Shown piece by piece: positions 39,064-52,946 of a DNA stretch of 64,000 bases (the stretch's first letter is position 1; each line of letters starts with the position of its first letter). Under the pieces are notes generated by a model. The model was not told the origin of the DNA. It saw only the letters and a program-made list of their open reading frames with translations, and searched no databases. Both the position numbers and the translations under genes were made by a program. The stretch comes from Felis catus (taxonomy: Eukaryota): assembly GCF_018350175.1 (NCBI RefSeq), contig NC_058368.1, positions 76,386,001 through 76,450,000 on the forward strand, written 5' to 3'.

Positions 39064-40134
39064 AAGAATGGTTAAGAATGATTAAGAATCATCCTAAGCA
39101 GACCGAACCCTTCTGACATTGCATTTTGTCAGTAAATTACCATAACAATGGCAAAATGACCTTATCACTGCAAAACGCCGTTGCGAGTAATTTTGGTAGT
39201 AATCACAGGTAGTAATAGAGGTAGTAATGAGGTGAAGGGGAAGGGGAAGAAAAGGTCAAAGTTGTTCATATTCAAGTGTACAAATCAATACTAATGTGGT
39301 TTGACCTAAACTTTGGTTCAAGTTTATAGTTATTAATTTGCATGAGGAAAATCTGTGAATCTACACATGAAGAAAACATTGTGTTAACTGAACAGCTAGA
39401 TGGAACTCGTAATATCAAAATACTAACGTGACTTAGCCAACGAAGATTTGAGCATACACCACGCGCAACTCTGCTCCAAGTACAAGAGGATTAAGGTTTT
39501 GATAACAAATAACACCCGGTCCTGGCAAGGATGAAGGGCAATGACCCTCTTGCATATTTCTGGGAGATAAGTGTATTACTACATCTTTGAAAATAGTCTG
39601 CAAATACATATGGCTTTTGACTTGCTGTCGCCCTTTTGAAAACCAGCCTACAGAGATCAACAGAAGGAAAGATATGTATAAAGGATATTTACTGCAATGT
39701 TTTTTATAGCAGAAAAATTGCAACACTAACAAGTACAACAAATCTGGAACGATACTTAATATTCATCATTGGGGAAAGAGATAAAAAGGCAGAACGTTAA
39801 AAATAATGAGCTAGACCTAGATAAACTGACCTGGGAGAAGTCCACGATACATTGTTAAATGAGTTAAACGAAAAAAGGAAGTGTGAGAGATTCAAGGAGT
39901 TCTGTGTGAATCTCTAAGTAATAAAACCATATTATAAGCAATACCCGCTCAATTTTTTAATTGGCCAAAGACAATTTTGAAAAATGGCAAAGAAGGTAGT
40001 GAGATGATTTTGAGTTCGCATTCAAGTAACTTCAAAAATAGATGGCAGACTTTTAATTAACTAAGTTTAAAAGAAAAAGCACTCAATGGGAGGCATGTAC
40101 TTCATATTACCAAAACACACAAAGGTCATTGAGT

Positions 40135-40355
40135 GTAGCCGCTGAGTGGCTCACTCGGTTAAGCATCCAACTTTGGCTCAGGTCATGATCTCACAGTTCC
40201 TGGGTTCGAGCCCGCATCAGGCTCTGTGCTGACAGCTCGGAGCCTGGAGCCTGCTTCACATTCTGTGTCTCCCTCTCTCTCTGCCCCTCCCCCACTCACA
40301 CTCTGTGTGTGTCTCTCTCTCAAAAGTAAACGAACATTTAAAAATTAAAAAAAAA
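40135..40355 (+). mobile_element. CanSINE
   Basis: Diverged head, canonical body and tail. Confidence 0.93.
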
Positions 40356-43300
40356 GAGAGAGAAAGAAATGTCATGGGTACCTGAAGGGTGGTTAAAATT
40401 GAACTGGAAGGAATTTGGGTAAAATGATTGGATAATATACCCTCCTAAGAATATTCTAGATCAAATGAAGGCAGAGGCTGGAAAAGCTGAATGAGGCAAA
40501 ACGATACTGGACTGAAAGATTTATTCTTTTCCATTTTCTCTGTCCAATAGACCAGTTCTGGTCAAGTCAACAAAAGCCTGGTTGTTACTTCACTTGAGCT
40601 CTTGGGAACTGAGCCCACTGAAATGTTTGGTTGTATCTAATTTTACTGTAATTTTGTTCGTAACCTAAGAGTGTCAAAATACTCTAGAGATAAAGACATT
40701 AATTAGCATTTCTAAATAAATTTGCTGAGCTATAATCTTAATCTGGTAATATTCTAGATACATTGAAAAAATAATTTAGTAAAAGAAAATGCTTATTAGC
40801 AATCAATCTTGAAAAGGCAGCATATCCTCAGAACTCATAGATACAGATGGCAATGCTTGTGGTGGGATCACAATGAAATGCTAAATAAGCCAATTTGTAT
40901 ACGATCTTCATCTCAAGTAATAGAGTATTTGTTTTTGTGGGATTCTGATTTCCAAAATTACCCCCCATGTAGACCTGAACATCATTCAGGCAACTACTTA
41001 GCACTTAAAAAGCTTTCACCGAAACAGATGGCATTAATAAATAAATCTGCATATCAAACACTCACTGATAAAACTATAAGCCAGCTATGAAAATTAAAAT
41101 CCAAGGAAAATAGGTAAATATGGAGGAAAAAAGTTTGGTGTGTTCCCAAATACAGAAAAATAAGTGAACCCTGGGAAAGTTCTTAAAATGGCAGTTCGAA
41201 GCTTCAAGAAAGTACAAATTAAGTCACATGGGGAAGTCTCAATGTTTCAATTGCAGTCAAAGCTTAGTAAGTGTGAGTGCAGTGAAGAACAGGTCCCCAG
41301 TGTAGAAGGTATGTGAGATGGCAGTCATGTGGGACTCAGGTTTGACTTCGCAGTGGCATCTCCACATCAACGTAACCTGATGGAGCTAACCAGACAACAT
41401 TCGTCAAAGGAAGAGGTTCTAGTAAACAATACCTTCCTGCATGGTTTTAGCATCTGAGAATCTAAGAGTCAACTGCTGGGTAGATGGTCACTTCTTTATG
41501 TACACCAAGACGGGATTCAAAGATAACCATAGATTGTTTTAGATACGACATTCATTCCAACTTGAGTAAGAAATTACTAGAGCGAAAGTCACATGGCTTT
41601 GATTACTGTAAAGATACTGGCCAAAATCCTCTTGGATTCTCCAAATGGTGTATATAAATGTTTGCAATTCAGTTTTTACTGATAGTATAGTTTAGGAGAC
41701 CCGATGCCTACCACCCATAGTAAGAAATGCAAAGAGAAGTTCATGATTTCCATGGCAATTGCATTTAAGAAAAGATGTTAAACAAGCTTGTTCAATCAAG
41801 TTTACCTTCCTGTTAAGATTACCATCTCCACTCTGGTTGAAAATCGGTGTGTATATTAAATAGCATGTTGAACAATATAAATTCACAATTAAACAAAAGA
41901 AGATTGCATTGAGTGTATAGGCAGACGTACCACAGGATACAAGCAGGCTAGGAAATGCTCTACTTGGACATCTGGAAAACTCTCCCAGTGTTGCAGTTAA
42001 GAACATCATTGAAAGATCTGGGAAGAGAAATCCAAAATCATTGCTTTCTGGCAACTTTGCTTCTGAAACAACATAGACAAACAGCTACTTTTCAGAATTA
42101 GCCACGTACTCATGAGTTCTGTACTAAGCTCCTATATCCCCCTTCCGCACACAAGCCTATAGAAGGCCTCCATCCAAGAATCATCCGTTTTACCAATTGC
42201 TCTCGCAGCCACGTTCCTGAGAGGAAAGTCTGTGCTCACCCCCTCTCCCATCCTGACTTCCATCTCTCTCTCAACAGCTGCTTTCTTGGAACCCTTTCTT
42301 CCTGCAGTTCCTGGGACATCCCTCTACCGACTGTCAACTCTCTCCCTTCATACCCCTGTTCCTTAAGTTCTCTTTGTCCTCTTTCCTCTGCTTGGTATTT
42401 ACAGGTGAAGGACTCCTTAGAACTGTCTTTGGTTCTCTTCTGAGGCCACCCAGACAGACTCCATGGAGGAGTCTCATCTACACTTCCCTAAATATCTCCT
42501 GGCAAGGTCTCTTTCCTAGTCTCAAACTCTGTGTATCCATTTACTACTGGAAATATCCACCTGGAGTCCCAGGAGAAATTCACCCTCAACAGTTCATCGC
42601 TTACGTGATCAAGGTCTTTCCCTGCGACCCTTCACATCTATTTGTGCTCCTGTATTTCTTGTCCTGATTAATGGGAACCTTTTCTTTCACCAGGGAAGCA
42701 TAATTAGTGTGGAAAGAGCTTGAAGTCCTGGAAGACCAGAGACATTTTGCATTCGCATTTGAGCCCCAGCATGACGTGACAAAGAGTTGATGGCCAATAA
42801 ATGTTTTGTGAATGAGAAACAATATGTGAATTTTATAATGAAAACCGTTGAAAAAGAGCCACCCCAAAATTGAACAGGCAACAAAAATGTGAAACATTGA
42901 GATGAAAAGAGCTTTTTTTTTCCCCCCCTGAGGAAACTGGAAGATAAAAACCAGTGCCTGTGTACCATTGAGCTTGTAGGGAATATTCTAAGACCTGGTA
43001 ACAACAGGCATTCAATAAATATTTGTACAATGACTTCATGAGTTAACTCATCGGTCAAAAAAGCTCTATTTTAGACTTCAACTGCATAATTGAGTAAATA
43101 ACCAACACTTAAGGCTTTCTGATATTTGTTACTTCTCACCATAAAAAGGGTAAGAGCGCCTATTGACGTTGGAAAAGTAAGTAGGTGCTTTGAGATCTCG
43201 AAGAGTCGGACACGAGTCCTGGTTCTGACCCTAATTTCTGTAGGCCCCAGGCAAGCAGCTTCCCATCCTAAGCCTCAGTTTCTTCGTCTGTAAGTGGGTT

Positions 43301-44299
43301 TAATCACTCCCATCTTGCATGTCCTGATTTCATCTCAGAAAACATCACGACCGCACACAGTGAACCGCCACACCAAATACAACACACAGCAATGGAGCAG
43401 GAACGTAGATTCCGGACCAGGCGATGTTAAAACGGGAGACTTAGGAAGTCCTGTGGGGGTTTAAACGAACTAGAGTCAAAATCTCTGGGAGCGAATCTGG
43501 CGTCAGCTTTGCTATCCAACTCTGAGTTAATCTGATGCATACAAGCCAGACATTTGAGTGCCACTATCTTGGCTGAGGGCAGGCCTATGTACTCCATGGT
43601 CTTCTATTATTTAAAGTGCTTTCAAACACATTCATGTTATCCGATTCTTTCAGCAAGTCAGGGACTCATTGATTCATTCATTCATTTACTAACCCAGTAA
43701 TGATTGAATATAGGACACTGTGTTGGATGTCGGGGGAGAGGGTTGTAGACTGGGGGAAACGACCAGACATTCCCTAGTCATGGAACATACAGTTTGCACG
43801 GCGGACCTTACTCAGATACTACCTTGAATAAATAAAATCACGCTGAGCCGTGAGTTAGGAAGGAGACACACACGTCACTATGAAATATCATCCTGGTTGC
43901 ATCGGCAAGGAAATCGTGGTTAAGAAAGGTTAACGTACATCTTAAATCAGCCTCATCCCATGACTTAGTTAAACACACACACATACACACAACTAGATTT
44001 ATTTTACGATGAGAATTCTGCCATCTGTGAAATGATTCTTATCAAATTCTGGCCTCAATGCGTACACACAACAGACAGTGGTAAGGTTCCAGAGAGCTCA
44101 CATGTGATGAGCTGACCTTGAATTATGGCGATTTTAGGAGTGCCAAAACAAAAGAGAAAAATATCCCATGGATGCCCTGAAACAGAGCTTCAAAGCCATG
44201 GCAGGGCCAAGGTCTAGAGATAAACAAAGGTCAGACAGGCCAGCATCTCAGAGAGCAAAGCAAAAATAGAAGATTCTCAAGCACGCTCATTCATGGTTG

Positions 44300-44790
44300 G
44301 TAGATTTGCCCTTCTTGAGAAATTTGACAGGATAAAATGTTTCAAGTCTTATAATTGTGCACATCCTTGGGTCCGGAAATTCCACTTCTAGGAATTAAAA
44401 TTTCAAACATCTGCTCAAAATACAATGACTAAATGTGTTTTATTTTGAAATGTTATTTATAATTTTTAAAAAGTCAGAAACAACTTCAATATTCTTCTAG
44501 TGTTAGTGTTAGACATTGAAGTATGGTCTAGCAATAAACTTGAAAGTATGCAGTCATTAAAAAAAAAAAACAGGGGTTTTGAGGCAGAACATGTTTATTG
44601 CATAAGAATAAATGGGGAAAAAACGTTACATACATGGTTTGATCCGGATTTTAAAAATATGAGCACAACAGTCATCAGTGTGAGTATGTGTGTGTGTGTG
44701 TGTGTGTGTATGCCTCTGCCTATTGCAAATGTGAATAGGTATACCTGACAAAAACATTCAAATATATTAACAATGACCAACTCTGCAATC
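44300..44790 (+). mobile_element. Old L1ME-type fragment with (GT)n at about 44687-44709
   Basis: ggaaattccacttctaggaatt...tatgcagtcattaaaaa...aaatatattaacaatg are degenerate L1 3' motifs. Confidence 0.55.
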
Positions 44791-46244
44791 TTCTGTCCAT
44801 GAACGTGCATCTGTAATGAGAAAACAATGGCAAGTGTTTATAAAAAGTACAGAGTGTCTTCTGAAGAACCACATCTCTCTGCCCAGGAGGCTCGTGGACC
44901 CAGATGAACAAAGCCAAGGGCTTCTCAAAGAGTAGCGGCCGTGTTGACATTGACGAAGAGTAATTTTCACGAGTGACCTTGGCAGTAAGGGTCTTCCAAA
45001 AGAACAGGAGTTTTGTTCTCTTTCAGGAGCCCAGAAGAAAACCTACTACTGATCATTGAGATGCTTTAAAATGACTAAAAAAAAAAAAATCTTATTTCCA
45101 CAATTTGGGGACAAAGTAGTCCTAATGTGGATTTATTACAGTAGAATCAGCCGTGCCTTAAACTATGTCTGGATAGTCAGGATCAGTTTTTCTTGAAGAC
45201 TCCTCTCTTTCTTGCTCTCTCTGTCCACCTTTTCATTAAAAGAACTCTCGCATTCATGTGTGCCTTCTTAATTGGGAGAGCTACAGTATGTATAGTAGCT
45301 ATATTCTCTTATATGAAGCCAATAGGGGATACTGTGACATCAGAAAAATGCAACGTAAGATCCCAGATTCAGAAAAGAGGTCTCCCTGGGAACCTTCCGG
45401 TGGTGACAGGTTGACAAGGCAGTATCTGAGCTTGCTGACCGCCTAATGGAGTGACACGATGCACTTTTACGTCAGGTCTGCTGAGCCCCGTGGATCTGGG
45501 GGGTGGAGGGGGGCAGACGCACAGGCTGCCCTCCCAGCTGGTGGCCATCTGCCTAAGTGACAACTGCCAGATGGGGGCGGGGGGGGGGGAGACTGAAATG
45601 GGGATCAAACATTAAATAAAAGGATTTCTTGAAAAGCTGCATTGGCATTGATTATTCATGTGACATTCTAATGTCTTGGAAGTTTTCATTTGACATATTT
45701 GGGTAGGAATAAAAAGAGATAAATTCCTGGATGAATATGTCTGGTGTGCTAGACATGAAGTGCTTTGTGCTTCCTATAGAAAACACACTGAATTGATTTA
45801 TAAATGGACTTGTTCCGTTCAAACTTCCAACTCAGATCAAAGAATCAATAAATAAAGTTTATATCTCTCCCCCGTGGGAGAGGGAACCTTTCGACTCTCC
45901 CCTAATCACATTCCCAGTTGCCGCCGTGGTAGAGTCCCCCTCAAAGCTGTTCTATGAACCTCTCACCTGCGTGTCTTCTAACTTTGGGGACTGAGCCATG
46001 AGCAAAGGAAAGGATGGGAAGAGATGGGAGCAAGAGACTGTAAGAGATCTCTGTACCTTCCTCTTGGGTTTGTTGCAAACCTAAAGTGCTCCAAAAAAAA
46101 TGAAGTTTAAAAAAAGTGGTGAAAACTGCCTCAGCTCTCACCCATTAGCAAGCCATAACTGGGGAGGAGAGCCAGTCACGGAAGGGACCAGAATAAATAG
46201 CCTCGTTGGTACATTTCCTTACTGTTTTCAAAATATTATAAGGA

Positions 46245-46450
46245 GGGGCGCCTGGGTGGCTCAGTTGGGTAAGTACCCAAATTTGATTTTGGCTCGGGTC
46301 ATGATCTCACGCTTGGTGAGTTGAGCTCTGTGCCGACAGCGGGGAGCCCGCTTGCAATCCTCTCTCCTCCTTTCTCTTTGTCCCTCCCTTGCCTTCTGCC
46401 CCTCCCCCACTCATGCTCACTCTCCCTCCAAAGTAACCACTTAAAAAAAT
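46245..46450 (+). mobile_element. CanSINE
   Basis: Canonical head; degenerate TSD aatattataagga / atattacaagga. Confidence 0.92.
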
Positions 46451-46608
46451 ATATTACAAGGAAACAATTTTTCTATAGCATCACAATTTTTTTTTAATGT
46501 TACTTTTGAAGTTTAGGGCGATATTCTAGAAGAAACAATGTCGAACTAAGAAAAATCGGAATAGTAGGAGAGACATCATACTTGCCATTATTAAGAAAAT
46601 AGTAATTA

Positions 46609-46813
46609 GGGGTGCCTGGGTGGCTCAGTCGGTTAAGCATCCGTCTGCCTCTTGTTTTCAGCTCAGGTCATGATTCCACAGTTTGCGAGTTTGAGCCCTG
46701 ATTCAGGCTCTGGGCTGTCAGCACAGAGCCTGCTTGAGATTCTCTCTCCCCACAGCTCTCTGCCCCTCCCCCAGACATGTACACCTATTCTCTCTCAAAA
46801 TAAACTCTAAAAA
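46609..46813 (+). mobile_element. CanSINE
   Basis: TSD aaaatagtaatta. Confidence 0.94.
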
Positions 46814-47660
46814 AAATAGTAATTAACAGTCAGAAAAAAAATAAGTCAGGGAAGAAATCAGATTCTTCAAGAAAATGTGAATTATAGATAAGAAGACAGA
46901 AAAATTATTATTTTTTTTATAAGACCACCCATCTTCCTAGTCAAATCTGGATCAAGTACATTCCATGACCATGAACTTGCAGAACAGAAGTCAGAACTGA
47001 AGAATGGACCACCAAGGATGTTCAGGTCTTCCTCCGTGATCACGACACGGGCAGGGGTGATGTTCTTACAGCCCTGAGCACAGTGGACTCAGTCTTGACA
47101 GCTTCTCTCCAGGACAGGTGCATCAAAACCTCATCTCGCTCTTCAGCGGCTGTCCCAGTGGTGATGTCCATTGATAACAGGGAACAAACGGTGGTCTGGG
47201 GACAGTTTAAGTCCATTTCCCACTTTTAGGCAGCCGACCAGGTCTGCCTAAGCACAGGCTTTATCGAAACTAGCAGCACTGAGGTGAAAATCTCTAATGA
47301 AAACCGATACATGCAAATCCTCCCATTTGATCTTTCCTGAAATGTTCAGTTTGGTTTCAACTGAACTGAATTGTGAGTTATTTTAATATATTTACAGCTT
47401 TATAATTCCTGCTTCTATGGCTCATATTTTTCATCTGTGGTATGGCTTATCTTTTCTAGTGTTTTTATTGGGGATCTGCACTTGGACAAATACCTGAAAA
47501 GGATACAGGGCAACCTGTGTTTACATAGAGACTTTTTTTTAGAGAAAGGTAGACCGGAACATTCTCATATAAGTTTTAAACACTACTTTGAAGAAAGCAA
47601 AATAAGTTCAATGTAGGCTCAATGTTTAATTGTCAGATTTACTTCTAAGAAAATAATGGA

Positions 47661-47885
47661 GGGGCGCCTGGGTGGCTCAGTCGGTTAAGCGTCCGACTTC
47701 AGCCAGGTCACGATCTCGCGGTCCGTGAGTTCGAGCCCCGCGTCAGGCTCTGGGCTGATGGCTCAGAGCCTGGAGCCTGTTTCCGAATCTGTGTCTCCCT
47801 CTCTCTCTGCCCCTCCCCCGTTCATGCTCTGTCTCTCTCTGTCCCAAAAATAAATAAACGTTGAAAAAAAAATTTAAAAAAAAAA
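47661..47885 (+). mobile_element. Very young felid CanSINE
   Basis: Perfect TSD aagaaaataatgga. Confidence 0.98.
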
Positions 47886-49788
47886 AAGAAAATAATGGAG
47901 ACCAGAAGACCCGGAAATCTCTTGCAATCCCTACTGAACCATAGCCATGCGTCTTCTATAACGTGCATGATTCTGCACGGGAAACCTACAGATGTCTATG
48001 TGTTACTGCAAAGTTAAGAAACGCAAAGAATGGAAAAGATAGGGAAGGGGAATTTTATAAATGGCTAGTTACTTTCATATGTATCAAGTTGAAGGAACAT
48101 AGATCAGACAGCATGGGACATTAAGCAAACAAATGCATCCTCTAAGCACAGACGCAGATGAATTCTTAAAATGCACTATAGTAAGACAGAGAAGCCCTGA
48201 CACCCTCCATGTAGCTTTTACTAAGATGGCTAACTTCAACGGCCACTGGTCTGACAGTGTCCAAGCCCTCAAAACACATGGCCAATTAGACATTCTTCCA
48301 AGAGGTTTAGAGAGAAAAGCACAGTAAGTTGAGGTTTATCTTTCTCTACTGTTTGAGATACTCTTGGGCCATCAATTCTTCCTACCTGCCCTGGGGGGGA
48401 GGGACAGGAATTACTCTCACAAAACAAGGGATTCACCCAGAACATATAGATTGGGATGCAACCGCCTGAGTGCCTGCCTCCCTTCAGTTTTGCAGATAAC
48501 GTAAACTTCCACGGGCCCTGCATGTCAACATCAGCTATTCCGACCTCCCTCGGGATAATCTGGGGGAATGTTTTCTCATGGTACGTCACACTTTCTCAAG
48601 TGCTATGCTTTGGAGAAATGTTTCCTGTTTTGTAGCCAGAAAAGCCTGTCAGGAAATATTTAAGTTTCTGGTGTATTTTCTGGTGCTGAGCTTTTGTTTT
48701 GGACTACAGCTGCTACACATCCCTAGTGGTTCTAGACAATACTGTACATTTCACTCCGGACTGTTCCTCCCAGGTTGTTTGGAGAACAGCCACGGTTTCA
48801 AAGTCGCCCATATTTCAGAATAGCTTCACTAGGGAAAAATGCAGACTTGAGTGTCAGAAAAAAACCCAGAATCTTCATCCTGCTGCTTAGCTAGAGGATT
48901 TGCACCATGAAAACCTATTTTTTCACTTCGGTTTCCTTATCTGAGCCATGATTATCACATGAGACGATTCATGTAAAGTGCCTACAACAGTGGCTGGCTC
49001 ACCAAATGCTTATTACTAATAACATTAATAGCAACCGACCATAAGCCCAGGCATCAGGGCTTCTCTGGCAGCTGTGACTTGCCTGTCTTCTAAACCACAA
49101 TTAACATGCAAGTAAGGCAAAGCTGCAGGAAGCTAGCTAGTTTCTCTGCGAAACGCTCATCTAGGAGACATGCTAAGGGATAGTGGCAATACTCCGTGTG
49201 CTTACCAACGCAGGTGGCTCTCTGTCCCCAAGCAATGTTAAGGTACTCTAAGCTACGGCAACAAACCAAGAATTTCCTAGTCCTCTGTTAGTACGCTGCA
49301 TGTACAGCTAGCAGTGCCCAACTAAGTATCACCAAATAAGTATATTTAACATAGGAAAGCTGGTTAACGTAGCAACAGTTGGCCAGTAGTCAGGTAGGTG
49401 TTCCCTACCCTTGACACAGTCCCCTTTAGAGTGAAATCACCCTTCCAAAAATCTAGAATTCCCACGCCACGCCACCCCACCCCACCCTCAGGCTAGTAGG
49501 GAAAACCTTTCAGTTATGGTGGTGGCCAACTTCCAATTTCTTGGTGCAGTCTTTCTCTCAACCGCTATTACACTCCGATGCCATGACAGAGAACAAGTTC
49601 CATTTAACGAGCTTGGGTTTAATCGTGTAATACAGCTCAGTTATAAATCACTGGCAGAAGTACAGACCCTAAGCCAATCATTTCAAATGCAAGCAATGTA
49701 AACATGCTAATATGCAACCACAAACGTGTCAAGCCATCAATAGAGTATCCACAGAGTTAAAAATCATTTTTTAAAAATGGCTGACCAA

Positions 49789-49993
49789 GGGCGCCAGGGT
49801 GGCTCCGTCAGCCAAACACCCGATTCTTGGTTTCAATTCAGGTCGTGATCTTGCAGATCGTGAAGTCAAGCCCCGTGAAGGGCTCTGTGCTGACCCCACA
49901 GAGCCGGGTTGGGACTCTCTCTCTCCCCCTCTCTCTCTGCCCCTCCTTGCTCTGTCTCCCTCTCCAAATAAATCAATAAACAAACTTAAAAAA
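49789..49993 (+). mobile_element. CanSINE (older type)
   Basis: Diverged head, CT linker, aataaacaaactt tail. Confidence 0.92.
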
Positions 49994-50357
49994 AATTGCT
50001 ACCCAAAACATGAGCACAATAAAGGTTAAGTGACCACCCAGAAAAAAAAAAAATTGTAGTTTTTTAATACATGAAGAGGTCTTATAAACCAGTAAGAAAA
50101 GTTCTACAGAAAAAAAGAGGTTAGAAAATATTTTTAAAAGCCATTCTTTTATAAAAAGAGAAATGCAAATGGCTGATAGATCAAAAAAAGTTTAGTCCCA
50201 ATATTAAAATAAGTTAAAATAGTAAAATGGAAAAGTATTTACCTAATAGATACAGAAGTTAAAAATACTGACCAGTATGAAGTATGTGAGAAAAGATATG
50301 CGAGAGCATAAATTGCAGAACTTTCTTAAATATCAATTAGAACATTTAGACAATTTT

Positions 50358-50572
50358 TTTTAATTTTTTTTAATGTTTATTTATTTTTGAGACAGAGAGA
50401 CAGAGCATGAATGGGGGAGGGGCAGAGAGAGAGGGAGACACAGAATCGGAAACAGGCTCCAGGCTCTGAGCCGTCAGCCCAGAGCCTGACGCGGGGCTCG
50501 AACTCAGGAACCGTGAGATCGTGACCTGAGCTGAAGTCGGACGCTCAACTGACTGAGCCACCCAGGCACCCC
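50358..50572 (-). mobile_element. CanSINE
   Basis: TSD acatttagacaattttt; inserted in a degenerate plus-strand L1M remnant (about 50000-51200). Confidence 0.96.
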
Positions 50573-50729
50573 ACATTTAGACAATTTTTAATGTGTACGA
50601 TCTACCTTAAAAATTAAAGAGTTTAAGAATGTATGTATAAAGATGCTCTGAATTATTTATAATGCAAATCAATTGAAGAGAATACAAAGGTCCATCATTA
50701 GGCAATTGGTTTTAACGTGTCTTATATCT

Positions 50730-50932
50730 GGGGGCACCTGGGTGGCTCAGTCAGTAAAGTGACTGACTCTTGGTTTTGGTTCAGGTCGTATCTCACAGTT
50801 TGTGAGTTCAAGACCCACATTGGGTTCCACAGCTAGCAGCCCAGAGCCTGCTTGGGACTCTTTCTCCGTCTCTCTTTCTGCCCTTACCCCCCACTCCTGC
50901 TGTCTCTCTCATAAATAAAAAAAAAAAAAAAA
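50730..50932 (+). mobile_element. CanSINE
   Basis: Canonical head and poly-A tail. Confidence 0.94.
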
Positions 50933-52946
50933 TTAAAGTACATATTAGATCTATTAAAATTAGTCCTGTAATATTTAAAATATAGAAAATTTATTTAAAC
51001 TATTATTGATAAAGAATGAAGTTTACAAAGCAATCGTGCATTTAACGCTACTGCTTAGGTAAAATTACGTATGCTACAAAGACTTAGAATAAGGAAGGTC
51101 AAAAATGTGATTATTTGGAGGTCCTAAACGTCACGTATGCTAAATATTCTGTGTTGTTTACGTTTTGCTACAAACATGCACTCATTTTAAGATAAATACC
51201 ATTTCACTCCAAACAAAACAGTGCTGCCTCACCTAGAATGGCCCTTGTCCTCTAAAAGCTTGTGAGTTGTCTGCAGCTGCCATGCAATTCCCCAAGAAAA
51301 AGCCCATCCTGACCACTCTCGAGGGGGTAGCAGACCCCGGGATGTGGGGAAAGGGAAGCCCATCCCTCAGACCAGAGCGGTGGGGGTGAAACAGCAGCCA
51401 AGGTGAGCCAGCGCCCCCGGACCATCCTGCTTGCTGGAATAACCTACACTAAGGGAACCGCTGGGCAGACTGGAACCTCCCCGGTGGGGGGCAAGGGGAG
51501 AAGCCAACGTCGGACAGGCTGACGCTGGGGGATTAACAACCCCTCTCAGGCTCTTGCCGTCAAAGTCCCAGGAACAACCTATTCCAAAAGGCAAAGAGGA
51601 AAGTGCTGGCTGTATCTGAGGTCTTGATGTGAAAGGGGAAACAGGGCAACGTCCGCGACCTGGGAGGAGGAAAACATCTCCCACCTGCGTCCCCAGCTGG
51701 ACGTGCAGGGGTGGATGCCTCTGGAACCAAACAGGGCCCACTCTTCAACCGTGGATGCCGAGAAGGGATACCTCATTGCCCGAGCTCCCTCTCCTTAGCT
51801 GTCCTAAGGCCAGGGCTCCCAGGGCCATCTGTTCACACCCCGCCCCGCGCCTCCCTTTCCCCCTTTCACTGTGTTTCCTGAACAGGGCTCTATAAGCAGG
51901 ACACTTCCCTACGCACTCAAACTCTTCTCAGGAAACTTCCTCTTTTGCTGGGTTCTCTTCAACCACGCCGGGACCACAACACCCTCTCTCTCAAAAGACC
52001 CCTGGGCTCCTTTCGAGCTCATGCCATCCAACTTTTCTCCCTTTCCCGCATCCTTGACATGAAAGAGGTCCTCTGGTCACCTCCAGTCGGCCCTTCCCTC
52101 AGTCAAGAGCCCAGCACCTGACTCACCATCCTCCACTTCCGTCCCAACTCCTGTTAGGGCAGCTCCACGTGCAGACGGGCAACCCACCCAGTACCCAGCT
52201 TTGCTCCCAGGACTCCCCAGTTCCAATGACCTCTCTTCCACTCTACCCCAGCCCCTCCTACAGCATTCACTTTCTGACAGTGTGCTATTTCCCGGCTGAC
52301 TCACCCAAGTGTCTCACAGGCAGCCATGTTTGCTTCAATGCTACCCATGTGTGTCTGGCACTATGCAAAAAGCTTTATCATTCTATCTTCAAAATAAACC
52401 TAAGAGTAAAATACGACTACTGATGCTTGGACTTAGAGTCAATTCTGTGCGCCTCACACTTTTTCTGAAGCTCACGTACGTTCACTAGTTAAGATAACCC
52501 TCTGGGGCAAGTTGGTTGCCATTTCCATTTAATGGACGAGTGTATTTCAGCACGGAGAGGTTATCTATTCATCCAAGGTCCTAAAGCTGCAAAGGGGTGA
52601 AGCTGGAGTCCCCTTGAGGCTATATTGTCAATAAAGAGTCACCCAGACACGTATCTACGCTTACATCACCTTCTTCCTGTTACAGGTGAGGGCCTGCCCA
52701 CCTACCCCGGTGAGGTATGTTGTGTATTCCCTGGAGTTCATAACCGCCCAGTCTTCTCAAGGACCTGCCTTCGCCATCACTCTGCTCCCACACTCACCAC
52801 AGTTTGGCCCCTGACCCAGGGCCCCTGAAGATCCCCTGGTCAGGTTTGTCTGTAAGACCCCTTCGTTGCTTAAGGCAACCTAATGCCTGCGGCCTTCTCA
52901 GCAGGACTGACACTACTATTTTATCCTCCTTGAAATTCTCTGTTTT

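Noticed and set aside
40021..40043. ttcaagtaa, matching the miR-26 5' end
   Set aside because: The match breaks after 9 nt and there is no hairpin partner.
44745..44810. 66-nt minus-strand cassette-exon-like segment (TTACAG|ATGCAC...TGTCAG|GTATAC)
   Set aside because: The donor is weak and the segment overlaps a degenerate L1ME remnant; no recognisable peptide in any frame.
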